DNA from: Verrucomicrobiales bacterium
GTDB taxonomy: Bacteria > Verrucomicrobiota > Verrucomicrobiia > Limisphaerales > UBA11358
Reading direction: 5' to 3'
Length of the DNA: 64,000 bases
Assembly: GCA_028712475.1 (NCBI GenBank)
Contig: JAQTQB010000005.1
Coordinates: forward strand, 43,408-107,407
Below the pieces are notes generated by a model. The model saw nothing but the letters and a program-made list of their open reading frames with translations, did no database searches and was not told the origin of the DNA. This document shows, piece by piece, positions 16,262-26,570 of this stretch. A program made the position numbers and the translations under genes. Each line of letters starts with the position of its first letter. Within the stretch, counting starts at the first letter, position 1.

Positions 16262-18634
16262 TCATCGCGCGATCAAGGTGCGGCTGGCAGACAAAAGCGA
16301 GATGTAATCCTCAAGAATATGTTCGGCCTCGGTGAGCGCCGGATCCGGCGGCGGTGATTTTTTATCCGTTGCCGCCGCAACGGCGCTGGTTGAACCAGCC
16401 GATGTAATTTTATTCGTCCTGGCAAAAGCGCTGTCGGACGATGCCTCGCCGTTTGTTTTGAAATAGCTGTCAAAATTGGAATCGTAGTCGTAGGTGGCTC
16501 CAGATGCGTGATTCGTCGTGGTTGTCAACGACATCGGTTCCGGCAGTCCAGGCTGCTCGGAATTCTTCACGGTGATCTCGTAGGTTTTCATGCCCGATGC
16601 CTGCCGCGCCTCCCGTTCCTTGTCGCGCGCCTTCTGGCGGGCCTGGTTCGCCCGCCGTTCCTTGATCTGCTCGCGTTCGTTCAGCGACGCGGTTTTATCG
16701 GCCTGCATTTTTTTGAACTGCTGGATGTCCTGCTGGATGTATGCAAAATCCTGATTGCTCATGACCCGCGCTTCGGAATGAAGGCGGAGGTCGGCGAGAA
16801 ACGGTTCCACCAGGTTCAGCTTGTCATATTTCACGCTGGGGATTGTGTCCCACGGCAGCGGGTTTTCCAGCGCGGTCTCGCCGATGTCGGGTGAATAATT
16901 AAACACGTCCGGCAAAATGATGTCCGGCACGACGCCTTTCAACTGGGTCGAAGCGCCGCTGACGCGATAGAATTTACGGATGGTGATCTTGACCGTGCCG
17001 GGGTCGTTCGTGGCGGTAGGCATGTAGGGCCCTAGCGGGTTCAGATTTTGCACGGTGCCTTTGCCGTGGGTGGAAATATCGCCGATGACAATGGCGCGCC
17101 CGTAATCCTGCAACGCGGCGGCGGCGATCTCGGCGGCGGACGCGCTGAAACGGTTGATCAACACGGCGAGCGGACCGCCATAAAGCACGGACGAATCAGT
17201 GTCGGCATCCACTTTGACGCTGCCGTCCGGCGAGCGGGCGAGGACGATGGGGCCGTCTTTGATGAACAGGCCGGTGAACTTGATGGCTTCCTCCAGCGAG
17301 CCGCCGGGGTTGCTCCGCAAATCGAGGATGATCCCGTCCACTTTTTCCTGCTCCAGTTTTTTGATCAGCATGGCGACATCTGTCGTGGTGCTTTTGACGG
17401 AATGACTGGCGCTGCCGGGCAGGTCAATCGTGGCGTAAAACGAGGGCAGGTCAATGACGCCGATGCGGTTGGTGCCGCCGTGGCCGTTGGGCATTTCGAT
17501 GAGCTTCGCCTTGGCCTCGGAATCTTCGAGCTTGATTTCGTCGCGGGTCAAAGTCACGACGTGACGCGCGGTCCGGTCAGCCGCCGGGCTGATGGTCAGC
17601 CGCACCTCGGTTCCCTTCGAGCCGCGAATGAGCTGGACGACCTTGCCGAGTTCCATGTCCACCACGTCCACCGGCGGCTTGCCGCCCTGCGCCACGGCGA
17701 CGATGCGGTCTTTTTCATTCAACTGCCTGCTCTTGTCCGCCGGGCCGCCACGAAGAATTTTGCTGATGGTGCAATAGCCGTCGTCCTCCGTCAGTTGCGC
17801 GCCGATGCCGAAGAGCGAAAGGCTCATGTTGATGGAAAAATCCTGCGCGTGCTGGTTGTTCAAATAATCCGTGTGCGGATCATAGGCATGAGCCATTGCG
17901 TTGAGATAGGCCTGCAAAACATCCGTGCTGTCCCAGTTCGTGGCCATGTGGAAATTCCAGCGGTAATGCTTCGCGAGCGTCTCGGCGATGTCGGCGGGCG
18001 CGGTTTTGGACAGGGCGATGACGGCGTTGTCGTTGGTCGCCGAAAGTTCGCGGCTCAATTTTTCCTGCAAATACTGGTAGCGCAACTGGTCGCGCCAGAG
18101 CTGCTTCGCCTCGTCCAGATCCTTCGGATATGGCGCATGGCGGCGGTCAATCAAAATCCGGTCGCTGCCGGTGAATTTGAATTTGCCATGCTTCAGCAAA
18201 TCTTCCACATAAGCGTCATGCTCGCGCAGGCGTTCGAGGAAACGCTGATAAATCTCAAACGCCGGTGTCAGGTCGGCAATGCCCCTGGTCGTAATCGTAA
18301 GCCGGTCGAGATTGGTCCGGTAGTGCGCGAAGCCTGCGATGTCCGATTGCAGGAAGTTCTCGCGGCGCGGATCCAGCGTTTCAATGTAGCCATCGAGAAA
18401 GCGTTCTGACATCTCCGCGTCCAGCGGTTGCTGTGAGTAATGAAACTCCTCCAGCAGCCGGGCGGTGACGTAGGCGATGCGTCCGTCGTTCGGGCCGGGC
18501 GACAACGCCCCCGGAACGGCCGCCGTCGTGGCCGGGCTGGCGATGATGCTGATGATGATAGAACAGCCGAGCAGGACGCTGGACGCGATGACGGCTGGCG
18601 TTTTAATCTTTAGATGGCGCATGATGATTTGCAA
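16262..18634 (-). CDS. prc: Carboxy-terminal processing (tail-specific) protease, S41 family
   Basis: 790 aa with a Prc-type N-terminal domain (FLDGYIETLDPRRENFLQSDI), a PDZ region, the S41 core (LRSNPGGSL, the catalytic serine context) and FYRVSGASTQLKGV. Confidence 0.9.
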   Translation of the reverse strand: MQIIMRHLKIKTPAVIASSVLLGCSIIISIIASPATTAAVPGALSPGPNDGRIAYVTARLLEEFHYSQQPLDAEMSERFLDGYIETLDPRRENFLQSDIAGFAHYRTNLDRLTITTRGIADLTPAFEIYQRFLERLREHDAYVEDLLKHGKFKFTGSDRILIDRRHAPYPKDLDEAKQLWRDQLRYQYLQEKLSRELSATNDNAVIALSKTAPADIAETLAKHYRWNFHMATNWDSTDVLQAYLNAMAHAYDPHTDYLNNQHAQDFSINMSLSLFGIGAQLTEDDGYCTISKILRGGPADKSRQLNEKDRIVAVAQGGKPPVDVVDMELGKVVQLIRGSKGTEVRLTISPAADRTARHVVTLTRDEIKLEDSEAKAKLIEMPNGHGGTNRIGVIDLPSFYATIDLPGSASHSVKSTTTDVAMLIKKLEQEKVDGIILDLRSNPGGSLEEAIKFTGLFIKDGPIVLARSPDGSVKVDADTDSSVLYGGPLAVLINRFSASAAEIAAAALQDYGRAIVIGDISTHGKGTVQNLNPLGPYMPTATNDPGTVKITIRKFYRVSGASTQLKGVVPDIILPDVFNYSPDIGETALENPLPWDTIPSVKYDKLNLVEPFLADLRLHSEARVMSNQDFAYIQQDIQQFKKMQADKTASLNEREQIKERRANQARQKARDKEREARQASGMKTYEITVKNSEQPGLPEPMSLTTTTNHASGATYDYDSNFDSYFKTNGEASSDSAFARTNKITSAGSTSAVAAATDKKSPPPDPALTEAEHILEDYISLLSASRTLIAR

Positions 18635-18696
18635 ACTTCGACCGAATATAGCGCAATTCGTTCAGCAAGGAAAACATTTTGAGCGCGGCGAAATTA

Positions 18697-21069
18697 TTAT
18701 GTTCCTCCGTTTTTGCGGGACGGGTTGCGCCGGACCTTCACAAGCACAACCATGACAGCAACCCACACACATCCCCACCCAAACCAATCGCCATGCCGGT
18801 TGTAAAAGGTCGGCGCGGGTTTTTCAGCCGGCAACGGCAGTTCCATGGTCATCCAGCCGGGGCCGTAAATGCCGCCGGTGGCGTCCTTGAAAACCTGCCG
18901 CACCCGTCCGTGCGTGTCTATCCAGCAGGTCACGCCGTTGTTGCAGGAGCGCACGAGCGGCAGGCCGTTTTCCACCGCGCGGAAAATCCCGGCGGCGGCC
19001 TGCTGCCATTGCTCCGCGCCTTCGCCGAACCAGCCGTCGTTGGTCAGGTTCACAAGAAAATCAATGTCATCGCGGGCGGAATCGCGGGCGGTCTGCGGAA
19101 ACATGTCTTCAAAGCAGATCAGCGGCGCGGTCTTGATGGGAGCGCCGGCCTCCGGCCCGGCATTCAGGGAAATCACATTTATTTCGGGCCGGGCCGGAGG
19201 CCGGCGTTCCAATTCAAAACTCCCGGGTTTTTCGCCGGCTTCGTAGCCGCCGGTGATGGGCGTGAGCCATTTCACGAATGGCAGCCAGCGCACGAGCGGA
19301 ATGTATTCGCCGAAGATGACGAGCTTTTGCTTGTGATAGACGCTGACAAATTTTCCATCCGGGTCGAACAGGAACGCGGAGTTGAAAACGTCGTAATCAT
19401 TTTTGCCCTTCGCATCGGGCCGCCACACGGCGTCGTCCGCATTAAACATCATCCAGACGTGATGCGCGCGGACGAGGTTGGTGATGGCGGCGTAGCTGGC
19501 CTCGTCGAATTCCGGCAATGCCGATTCCGGCCAGATGAGCAGGTCGGTTGAACCTCTCACCTCGTCCGTCTGCCCGTTTGGCGGGGCGATGGTGGAGGAA
19601 GCCAAAGCCTTTTCCGTGAGCGCGAGCAATTGCTGAAAGCGATTTGAATTTGCGCTCGAGTCCCAAATCATGCTTTGCGGCACGCTTGGCTGAATCATCG
19701 TAATGCGGAGCGGGGCAGGGCTGAAACTGGAGTCTGGCTTGGCCCGCATTTGAAAACTGCCGGTGGCAAACAAAATGGCGACGACGAGCAGCGGCAGAAA
19801 AACTTCCGGCTGCCAGGCAAAGCGCGCGTCCGGCTTGGAAAAAATGGCGAGCATTGCCGAGAACAGCGACAACGAAACCCACACGACCAGAAACGAAACG
19901 CCATAAACACCCGTGACCGCCGCGATTTGAATAAGCGGCGTAAGCTGATATTGGGACGTGCCGAGCATGTTCCACGGAAACCCGCCGAGGAAACGTGCGC
20001 GAATCATTTCAAGGCCGACCCAGGTTGCCGCGCCCGCCAGCGCCCAAAGATTTCGCCTTGTCCAGGTGCCGGCTCCAATTTTTCCAGCGAAGAGCCACGT
20101 CCAGACGGCAAAGTAAAGAGCCATGAACGCGCTCAACGCGACCCAGCCCAAAACCGGATAGCCCGCCACGGGAATCAGCAGCAGCCAGTAAAGTGATGCG
20201 AGCCAGAATGAAATTCCGGCGACGTAGCCGACGCGAAAGGCATCGCCGCCAGATTGACCAAGCGCGGCGACGAGCATCAGTGCAGGCGCGACCCACGCAA
20301 AACCGGCGATGCCGGGGTTGGGAAATGCTGCGGCCAGCAAAAGCCCGGCGACGATGGCCAGCAGGTAGCCGCTGCGGATGAACAGTTCGTTCCAGACACT
20401 TTTGAGAATGGTGAATGGTGAATAGCCATCCACAAACGTCGGCCCCGGCTTCGTGCATTTCGCGGCCTTCTTCAAAACCGACGGACTCGCGTTGACGACC
20501 ACGGCTTCGCGCGAACCGCGCCACACGGCGAAATCGGCAGAGGAATTTCCGGCGTAATCAAAACCGCGCGCGCCAAATTTTTCCGTTAGCAGCTTGAGCT
20601 TGTTTTCGCTCCGCAAATTGGTTTTGCCGTCGCTGCCCAGCACTTCGTCAAACAAACCGACGTGACTGGCGACGGGCAGGGCCATTTGCAAGTCCGATGC
20701 AGTGGCGAGAATCAGTTTTCGCCCGCCAGATTTTTGTTCGCGCAGAAACGCCAGAAATTTTTCGTGATAGGGCAGGGTGACGGGATCAATTTTAATCCGC
20801 CGTGCCAGTTGTTTTTTTAGAAAGGCGCGGCCGCGCATCCACCAGACCAGGACGGGCAGAAGCCAGAACGGATTCCGCCGCAGCAAACGCGCGAGGTGTT
20901 CCCAAAGCAGGTCGGTCTTGATGAGCGTGCCGTCCAGATCCACCACGAGCGGGATTTGATTTGAGGGCGGCGCGGCTGGCGTTGACGGCATAGGGATGAT
21001 TAACCGTTGAGCGCGCGGTGGGGCAAGGTTTTTTTGGCCGGGAAACGGACGGGGCATCTCGTGATTCAC
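18697..21069 (-). CDS. lnt: Fusion protein: N-terminal HAD-IB-like phosphatase domain plus apolipoprotein N-acyltransferase (Lnt: polytopic membrane domain and CN-hydrolase domain)
   Basis: 790 aa. HAD motif I is VVDLDGTL, motif II is LATAS, and GNSSAD is motif-IV-like. Multiple TM helices follow, then a CN-hydrolase domain with LIWPESA and the catalytic-Cys context PLICFEDMF. The start overlaps the upstream gene in an ATGA junction. Confidence 0.85.
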   Translation of the reverse strand: MNHEMPRPFPGQKNLAPPRAQRLIIPMPSTPAAPPSNQIPLVVDLDGTLIKTDLLWEHLARLLRRNPFWLLPVLVWWMRGRAFLKKQLARRIKIDPVTLPYHEKFLAFLREQKSGGRKLILATASDLQMALPVASHVGLFDEVLGSDGKTNLRSENKLKLLTEKFGARGFDYAGNSSADFAVWRGSREAVVVNASPSVLKKAAKCTKPGPTFVDGYSPFTILKSVWNELFIRSGYLLAIVAGLLLAAAFPNPGIAGFAWVAPALMLVAALGQSGGDAFRVGYVAGISFWLASLYWLLLIPVAGYPVLGWVALSAFMALYFAVWTWLFAGKIGAGTWTRRNLWALAGAATWVGLEMIRARFLGGFPWNMLGTSQYQLTPLIQIAAVTGVYGVSFLVVWVSLSLFSAMLAIFSKPDARFAWQPEVFLPLLVVAILFATGSFQMRAKPDSSFSPAPLRITMIQPSVPQSMIWDSSANSNRFQQLLALTEKALASSTIAPPNGQTDEVRGSTDLLIWPESALPEFDEASYAAITNLVRAHHVWMMFNADDAVWRPDAKGKNDYDVFNSAFLFDPDGKFVSVYHKQKLVIFGEYIPLVRWLPFVKWLTPITGGYEAGEKPGSFELERRPPARPEINVISLNAGPEAGAPIKTAPLICFEDMFPQTARDSARDDIDFLVNLTNDGWFGEGAEQWQQAAAGIFRAVENGLPLVRSCNNGVTCWIDTHGRVRQVFKDATGGIYGPGWMTMELPLPAEKPAPTFYNRHGDWFGWGCVWVAVMVVLVKVRRNPSRKNGGT

Positions 21070-24002
21070 GGCGCGACCGACACGTTATCGAACAGCGTGG
21101 AGTTCAGCACGGAATTGTTGTGCGCGGTGACGGCAAAACCCGCCAGCAGGTTTTTGTTCATGGGAATCCTGACGCTGCCGGTGGAAACCCAGTTCGTGCC
21201 ATCGGCGGAAACGTAGCCGATGAAAATATTGCCGCTGCGCGTGAGCTTCAGCCAGTGCGGCACTTTTACCGCCGGCCCGTCGGTGCTGGTCGTGAGATTG
21301 TCTGTCGCCGCGCGCGATTGAAACACGGAACCTCCCAGTCCCGTGAAACCCACAAATGCGTATTTCGCCCCGGCGGAAATATTTTCGCGCAGCATCACGC
21401 CGGCCTTTGCCCATGGGTCGGTGTATTGAAACGACTGGACGCGCGCGATGATCTGGCCGTCGCCCGCCAGCGGCTTGTAGGCAAAACGAAACGCATCGGC
21501 GCTTTCCCAGATGTCGCTGCCGGAGGCGAGCAGATGAAAATTACCGTTCAGGAAAGTTGTCTCGCCGGGCAAACCAACATCGCCGATGTCCGCATCCTGC
21601 CAGCCATGCGGCAAGGTCGGCGGCGCGACGTGCAGCGCACTGATCCATTGGGCGAACACGGCCACGGCCTTTTCATCCACGACATTTTTGGCGAGCGGCG
21701 GCATCTGGTTTTCACCGGCAAGGCTCATGCGGCGGAACAAAATTGATTTGTTCGTGTCGCCGGGCGCGATGATTTTTGCGCCGGTGATGCCAAGCGGATT
21801 TTGCACGGGGCCGTTGATGAGATTCTGCTTCGCAAGCGGCGTGTCGAAGCGCGCATCAAAGAACGCGCCCGCGCCGCCGGGGCGATGGCATTGCGCGCAA
21901 TTGGCATCGAGGTAGGAACGGATTCGCAAATTCGGCGATGCGTGCGGGTCGGCGATGGCGGCAAGTTTGGGCAGGCGGGAAATTTTCTTTTCGTCGAGCG
22001 GCATGTCAAACAGCGCGAGGTGATTCAACGTGCGAAGCTGGTTGTCAGTGACGCCGTTCGGATACTTGAAATCGCCATTCAACTGGCGCGTTTTCACGCC
22101 GAGAACACCGCCGGAGATTGTCGTGTGGCAGGTGATGCAATCCTGCCGGCCGGGATAAAACCATTTTTGCGTGCGCGAGCCGGCCGCAGTTTTGACTTCG
22201 ATGTCCTCGTTCGTTCCCACGGAAACCAGATCCGCATCGCTATTATCCGCGCGCCATTTGTAGCTCGCGCCATAGACGGTGCCGTCCGTGTCGCGAACGA
22301 GCAGGCGCGTCTCAAGGCGGTGGAGAATCCGGGGATTCGTGTCGTCCACCGGCAGTTGGAAATCTTTCACGAACACCGTGCCGGCGGGGAATGTCCATTC
22401 GCCCGTTTCCGAAAAATTGATTTTGGAATTCGCCGGCACCACGAGCCAGCGCGACTTCACCGCGCCATCCGACCACAGCGGCGAATTGACCGTGTAAGGA
22501 ATCAGCGCGTCGGCGGGCGTAAGTTTTTCGAGGTCGGCGAACGCGCCGGTTTGCGAGAGGAGATTTGGCAAAACTTTGGCCGGCGGTGGCGGGCCGCCGC
22601 GTTGCAGTTTGTAAATGCACCCGCCGATGCTGCTCATCTGGCAGAGATAAATTTCGCCGTCGGCGTCCGTGCCAAAGGATGAGAGGCCGGTGTAATCCGT
22701 GCCTGCGTTCGGGCCGGGGCCTTTGGGCAGGACGCAGAGCAGCGTTTTTTTGAACGGCGTGGTCGTCTCGTCAAGCGCCCAGACGGTGCGCATGACGTTG
22801 TCGCCAAAAATATATTTGCCGCCGAGGTCGCGCGCGAATTCTTTGCCGCGATAAACATAACCGCCGATGACCGCGCGGCCTTCGCTGTGCGAATAATCCA
22901 GCGCCGGCCCGCGGCTCGTGCCGATGAACGGGGCGGCCATTTTGCCGAGCGTGCCTTCGCAGCGGTTCCACTGGAAATTAAGGCCGGACTCGCCGGATTC
23001 GATCACGTCAATCTCTTCGCGCGCGCTTTCGCCGACGTCGCCGATGAAAATTTTCCCGCCCGGCGCGTCGTAAGACATGCGATGCGGACTGCGCAGGCCG
23101 AGGCAGAAAAATTCCTCCAGCACATTCGACTGGCCGACGAACGGATTGTCGTTCGGAATGAAATAATTTGCGGTGAAGCCGCCAGTTGGCTGGCGTGGCG
23201 GAGCGTGGCTCACATCTCCGCCGCGACAATCCACGTCCACGCGAAAGACGCCTGAATAAAGGCTTTTATTGATGATCTGGTCGTTGTCGCCGACGGAATT
23301 GTCACCGTCCGTCCAGTAAAGGAATCCATTCGTGGGGTGGAAAAACATTCCGCCGCCGTGATGCCAGACGGTCTGGTTGGTGAGATCCACGAAAGTTTTC
23401 ACCGAGCCGGGAATGGCGACGCCGTCCGCGTCGAGCTTGTAGCGTTCGAGACGGTCGTGATAGGTGCCGGGCAGAACCGGATCGGGCCGGGTGGTCGGAC
23501 TGCCGGCGACGGTGCCCGGTTTGACCCAGGTGTAATAGACGAACATGAAATGATTAGTGGCGAAGCCGGGATGAAATGCGATGCCCAACAGCCCGGAATC
23601 GTCCCAGCCCTGGCATTGGCTGCTGATGTCGAGGATGAGTTTTTTCTCCATCGCGCCGGGAGTGTTTTGAAACGTCCACACGCGGCCTTCACGTTCCCAG
23701 ACGCAAAGTTCGTCCGTGCCAGGAACGGACGTAAGGCCGGTGCTGTTGGTGAAAACGAGATTGGTGAACGCGACGACGGCGGACCAGTTGCCGGAAATGC
23801 CCGGCGCTACTTCGGGCATCGTGCCGTTGAGAAATGCGCCGACAGGCGGACGATTGGTGAGGCCGTAGGGTTTGGCGGCGGCGTGGAAAATGAGGCCGCC
23901 CAGCAAAGCGAGGGACAGCAGCCATTGGCGGTTTTTGAAAAACGTCTTGATCACAACCGGGACGCGCACAAGTTTCGCCGCCCCGCGCGCGGCGTCAACC
24001 AA
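21066..24002 (-). CDS. Secreted multidomain protein: PQQ-dependent sugar dehydrogenase-like beta-propeller, c-type cytochrome motifs, and a C-terminal concanavalin/LamG-like domain
   Basis: 978 aa with an N-terminal signal anchor. GIAFHPGFATNHFMFVYYT is typical of soluble glucose/sorbosone dehydrogenase folds. There are two CxxCH motifs (CITCH, CAQCH). The C-terminal ~190 aa are beta-rich (DIWESADAFRFAYKPLAGDGQI...). Confidence 0.78.
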   Translation of the reverse strand: MVDAARGAAKLVRVPVVIKTFFKNRQWLLSLALLGGLIFHAAAKPYGLTNRPPVGAFLNGTMPEVAPGISGNWSAVVAFTNLVFTNSTGLTSVPGTDELCVWEREGRVWTFQNTPGAMEKKLILDISSQCQGWDDSGLLGIAFHPGFATNHFMFVYYTWVKPGTVAGSPTTRPDPVLPGTYHDRLERYKLDADGVAIPGSVKTFVDLTNQTVWHHGGGMFFHPTNGFLYWTDGDNSVGDNDQIINKSLYSGVFRVDVDCRGGDVSHAPPRQPTGGFTANYFIPNDNPFVGQSNVLEEFFCLGLRSPHRMSYDAPGGKIFIGDVGESAREEIDVIESGESGLNFQWNRCEGTLGKMAAPFIGTSRGPALDYSHSEGRAVIGGYVYRGKEFARDLGGKYIFGDNVMRTVWALDETTTPFKKTLLCVLPKGPGPNAGTDYTGLSSFGTDADGEIYLCQMSSIGGCIYKLQRGGPPPPAKVLPNLLSQTGAFADLEKLTPADALIPYTVNSPLWSDGAVKSRWLVVPANSKINFSETGEWTFPAGTVFVKDFQLPVDDTNPRILHRLETRLLVRDTDGTVYGASYKWRADNSDADLVSVGTNEDIEVKTAAGSRTQKWFYPGRQDCITCHTTISGGVLGVKTRQLNGDFKYPNGVTDNQLRTLNHLALFDMPLDEKKISRLPKLAAIADPHASPNLRIRSYLDANCAQCHRPGGAGAFFDARFDTPLAKQNLINGPVQNPLGITGAKIIAPGDTNKSILFRRMSLAGENQMPPLAKNVVDEKAVAVFAQWISALHVAPPTLPHGWQDADIGDVGLPGETTFLNGNFHLLASGSDIWESADAFRFAYKPLAGDGQIIARVQSFQYTDPWAKAGVMLRENISAGAKYAFVGFTGLGGSVFQSRAATDNLTTSTDGPAVKVPHWLKLTRSGNIFIGYVSADGTNWVSTGSVRIPMNKNLLAGFAVTAHNNSVLNSTLFDNVSVAP

Positions 24003-24083
24003 TTATCCCGCCGCAATCCACCGATAATTATTCGCAAGCGACCGGCAGCAGAAATGTTTCCAGACGACTACTCTCCCGCCCGC

Positions 24084-24911
24084 ATGAAAACTCTAAATCA
24101 GAAACTCGCGGTCGTTTTGACCGGCTTGACAATGTTGACCGGCACGCTGCCCTCGCACGCGGATGAACGGTTTTTCACTTACATCTATGACGCCGACGTG
24201 ATTCCCCAGGGCCGCTGGGAATTTGAACAATGGCTCACCTACCGCAAGGGTTATGACGGCGACAATCATGATTACGACCGATACATCTGGGATTTCCGCG
24301 AGGAGATGGAATACGGCCTGACGGAAAAGTTGAGCGGCTCGCTTTACTTGAATTTCCGCCAGGAGCAGATGGTCGCGCAACAGGCGGGATTGTCGGACTC
24401 CAGCGAATTTTCGTTCAAGGGCGTCTCCGCCGAATTTAAATACCAACTGCTCAATCCCAACACCAAGCCCGTGGGTGTGGCGCTGTATTTCGAGCCAACC
24501 TACAATGGCAACGAGCAGGAACTGGAGTATAAGCTGATCGTCTCCAAAAATATTGGCGACCACTGGGTGCTGGCGGCCAACGCCGCATTCGAGCAGGAAT
24601 GGGAGCAGGAGGACGCGGCCACCAAAATGGAATCGGTGCTGGAATTCACGGCCGGTGCCGCCTACCGCTTCACGCCCAACTGGTCGGGTGGTATTGAAGG
24701 GCGCTATCATTCGGTCTATGAAGGCACGACGTTGAACGAACATCTCGGCACCGGCTGGTTTCTGGGGCCGAACATTCACTACGGCACCGACAAATGGTGG
24801 GCGACCCTGACCGTGCTGCCGCAGATCGCCGGTAATCCGACTGACGACGGCATCAATCTCACCGAACATCAAATTTTCGAAACGCGGCTTATTTTCGGCA
24901 TCAGCTTCTGA
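24084..24911 (+). CDS. Putative outer-membrane beta-barrel protein
   Basis: The start is chosen at MKTLNQKLAVVLTGLTMLTGTLPSHA, a signal peptide within the longer track ORF 23337..24911. It has an alternating amphipathic beta pattern and ends in ...RLIFGISF, the C-terminal aromatic residue typical of OM barrels. Confidence 0.6.
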   Translation: MKTLNQKLAVVLTGLTMLTGTLPSHADERFFTYIYDADVIPQGRWEFEQWLTYRKGYDGDNHDYDRYIWDFREEMEYGLTEKLSGSLYLNFRQEQMVAQQAGLSDSSEFSFKGVSAEFKYQLLNPNTKPVGVALYFEPTYNGNEQELEYKLIVSKNIGDHWVLAANAAFEQEWEQEDAATKMESVLEFTAGAAYRFTPNWSGGIEGRYHSVYEGTTLNEHLGTGWFLGPNIHYGTDKWWATLTVLPQIAGNPTDDGINLTEHQIFETRLIFGISF

Positions 24912-25006
24912 CGCGCCATGAAAAGTTTCTTTCATGGTCACCGGCCGGGACGAACGGCGGCTTGTCCCGGGCATCGGCGGCGCAGCAGCACAGCCCTGCC
25001 TAAATC

Positions 25007-25555
25007 ATGAGCGATTGGATTCATCGGATCATCGCACCCTCGGCGATCATCATCAGCGCCGGGGCGATCCCGTGCTACGCCACGACGTATCTGACGGTCG
25101 GGCAGGCGCAGAAAATCTGCTTCACCAACGCCACGCAATTCATCGCCGCCGACGTGACGCTCACGTCGGAGCAGAGGAAGGCCATCACCAAAGATTCCGG
25201 CGTGCGCGTCCGGCTGGACACGCAGAAAGTCTGGCGCGTCCAGAACGGCGACAAATTCATCGGCTGGTTCATTCAGGACGAAGTGCTGGGCAAGCACGAA
25301 TATATCCAATGGGTGCTGGCGCTCAACGCCGACGGCAGCGTGCGGCAGATCGAGATCCTGGATTACCGCGAAACCTACGGCTACCAGGTCCGCGATGAAA
25401 AATGGCGCGCGCAGTTTTATGGCAAGCAACATGGCGCGAAACTCAAGCTGGACGACGACATCAAGAACATCAGCGGCGCGACCTTGAGCAGCCGTCACAT
25501 CGCCGACGGCGTCAAACGGCTGTTAAGTTTTTATGAGCTTGTCCTCAAGAAATAG
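25007..25555 (+). CDS. Periplasmic FMN-binding domain protein (candidate flavinylation substrate)
   Basis: 182 aa with a hydrophobic N-terminus. The C-terminal NISGATLSS matches the (S/T)GAT flavinylation core of FMN_bind domains (NqrC/RnfG type). Confidence 0.78.
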   Translation: MSDWIHRIIAPSAIIISAGAIPCYATTYLTVGQAQKICFTNATQFIAADVTLTSEQRKAITKDSGVRVRLDTQKVWRVQNGDKFIGWFIQDEVLGKHEYIQWVLALNADGSVRQIEILDYRETYGYQVRDEKWRAQFYGKQHGAKLKLDDDIKNISGATLSSRHIADGVKRLLSFYELVLKK

Positions 25556-26522
25556 TTCGGAGCGCGGCTGTGTGCGAAGCATCAGCCGCAGCCCTCACGA
25601 ATTGTCCGATATGCTGCGGCTGGGTCTGCGACCACATCTGCGCTCCGAACCCAAAATCCGCCGCTGCCGTCCGTTGCTCGGCACGTTCGTGGAGATCACC
25701 GCTTCGGGAAACGCCTGGCACCGTCTCGGTCTGAACCCTGCGCTTGACTTGCCGAGCCGTTGTTCGGCGTTCCATGAGGCCGTTGACGCCGCCTTTGCGG
25801 CGATGAAAAAAATCCAGAACATGATGAGCGCGCATGACCCGGCCAGCGAACTCTCGCTGCTCAATCGCGAAGCGGCGCACCGGATTGTCACCGTGAGCCG
25901 GGAGACGTATGAAGTCCTGCGCCGTGCCGACCGGATGGCGGTTGAATCCAAGGGGGCGTTTGATTACACCGTCGCGCCCACCTTGGCACGCTGGGGGCTT
26001 TTGCCGGCTACGTTGCAATGTGAGAATGCCGGGAACTGGCGCGATGTGCTGCTGCTGCGCCGCCGGCAGGTGCGTTTTCTTCGTCCGCTCACGCTGGATC
26101 TCGGTGGCATCGCCAAAGGGTTTGCGGTGGACCAGGCCATCGAAGTGTTGCGCGAACACGGCGTCGCGTCCGCCATGGTGAACGCGGGCGGCGATCTGCG
26201 TGTGTTCGGCGCGCAATCATCCAGGATTCATCTGCGGCATCCCTCGCAGCCGCAACAGTTCGCGCACCGCATCGAACTGGCGCAGGCCGCGCTCGCCACG
26301 TCATCACCGTGCTTCACGGAGAAAAATCTGCACGGACAGCGGGTGAGCCATCTTGTTGATTCGATCCGGCAGACGGCCGTCACCGGCGTCATCAGCGTTT
26401 CCGTGCGCGCCCAGGAATGTTGGCTGGCCGATGCGCTGACGAAAGTCGTGCTCAACGCGCCGCAACTCGCGCAAAAAATGCTGGCGAAATATGGAGCCGA
26501 GGCTTTCGTGCTGACCGCCTGA
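25533..26522 (+). CDS. apbE: FAD:protein FMN transferase (ApbE family). The start is uncertain, with an alternative ATG at 25611.
   Basis: ApbE blocks are present: MGTFVEI-like LLGTFVEITA, SELSLLN, FDYTVAP and LDLGGIAKGFAVDQA. Confidence 0.87.
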   Translation: MSLSSRNSSERGCVRSISRSPHELSDMLRLGLRPHLRSEPKIRRCRPLLGTFVEITASGNAWHRLGLNPALDLPSRCSAFHEAVDAAFAAMKKIQNMMSAHDPASELSLLNREAAHRIVTVSRETYEVLRRADRMAVESKGAFDYTVAPTLARWGLLPATLQCENAGNWRDVLLLRRRQVRFLRPLTLDLGGIAKGFAVDQAIEVLREHGVASAMVNAGGDLRVFGAQSSRIHLRHPSQPQQFAHRIELAQAALATSSPCFTEKNLHGQRVSHLVDSIRQTAVTGVISVSVRAQECWLADALTKVVLNAPQLAQKMLAKYGAEAFVLTA

Positions 26523-26527
26523 TTTTT

Positions 26528-26561
26528 TAACCGTGTCCATGCGTGTCCATCCGTGGTTAAA
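26528..26561. repeat. Small palindromic/direct-repeat element in the apbE-membrane gene spacer
   Basis: In ttaaccgtgtccatgcgtgtccatccgtggttaa, the motif cgtgtccat is repeated at a 10-nt offset. The outer arms ttaaccg / cgtggttaa are imperfectly complementary. Confidence 0.55.
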
Positions 26562-26570
26562 TTTTGAGAA

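Noticed and set aside
17048-18409. 453-aa plus-strand ORF inside prc
   Set aside because: It is antisense to a well-supported S41 protease gene and has the Arg/Gly/Ala/Val-rich composition typical of shadow frames.
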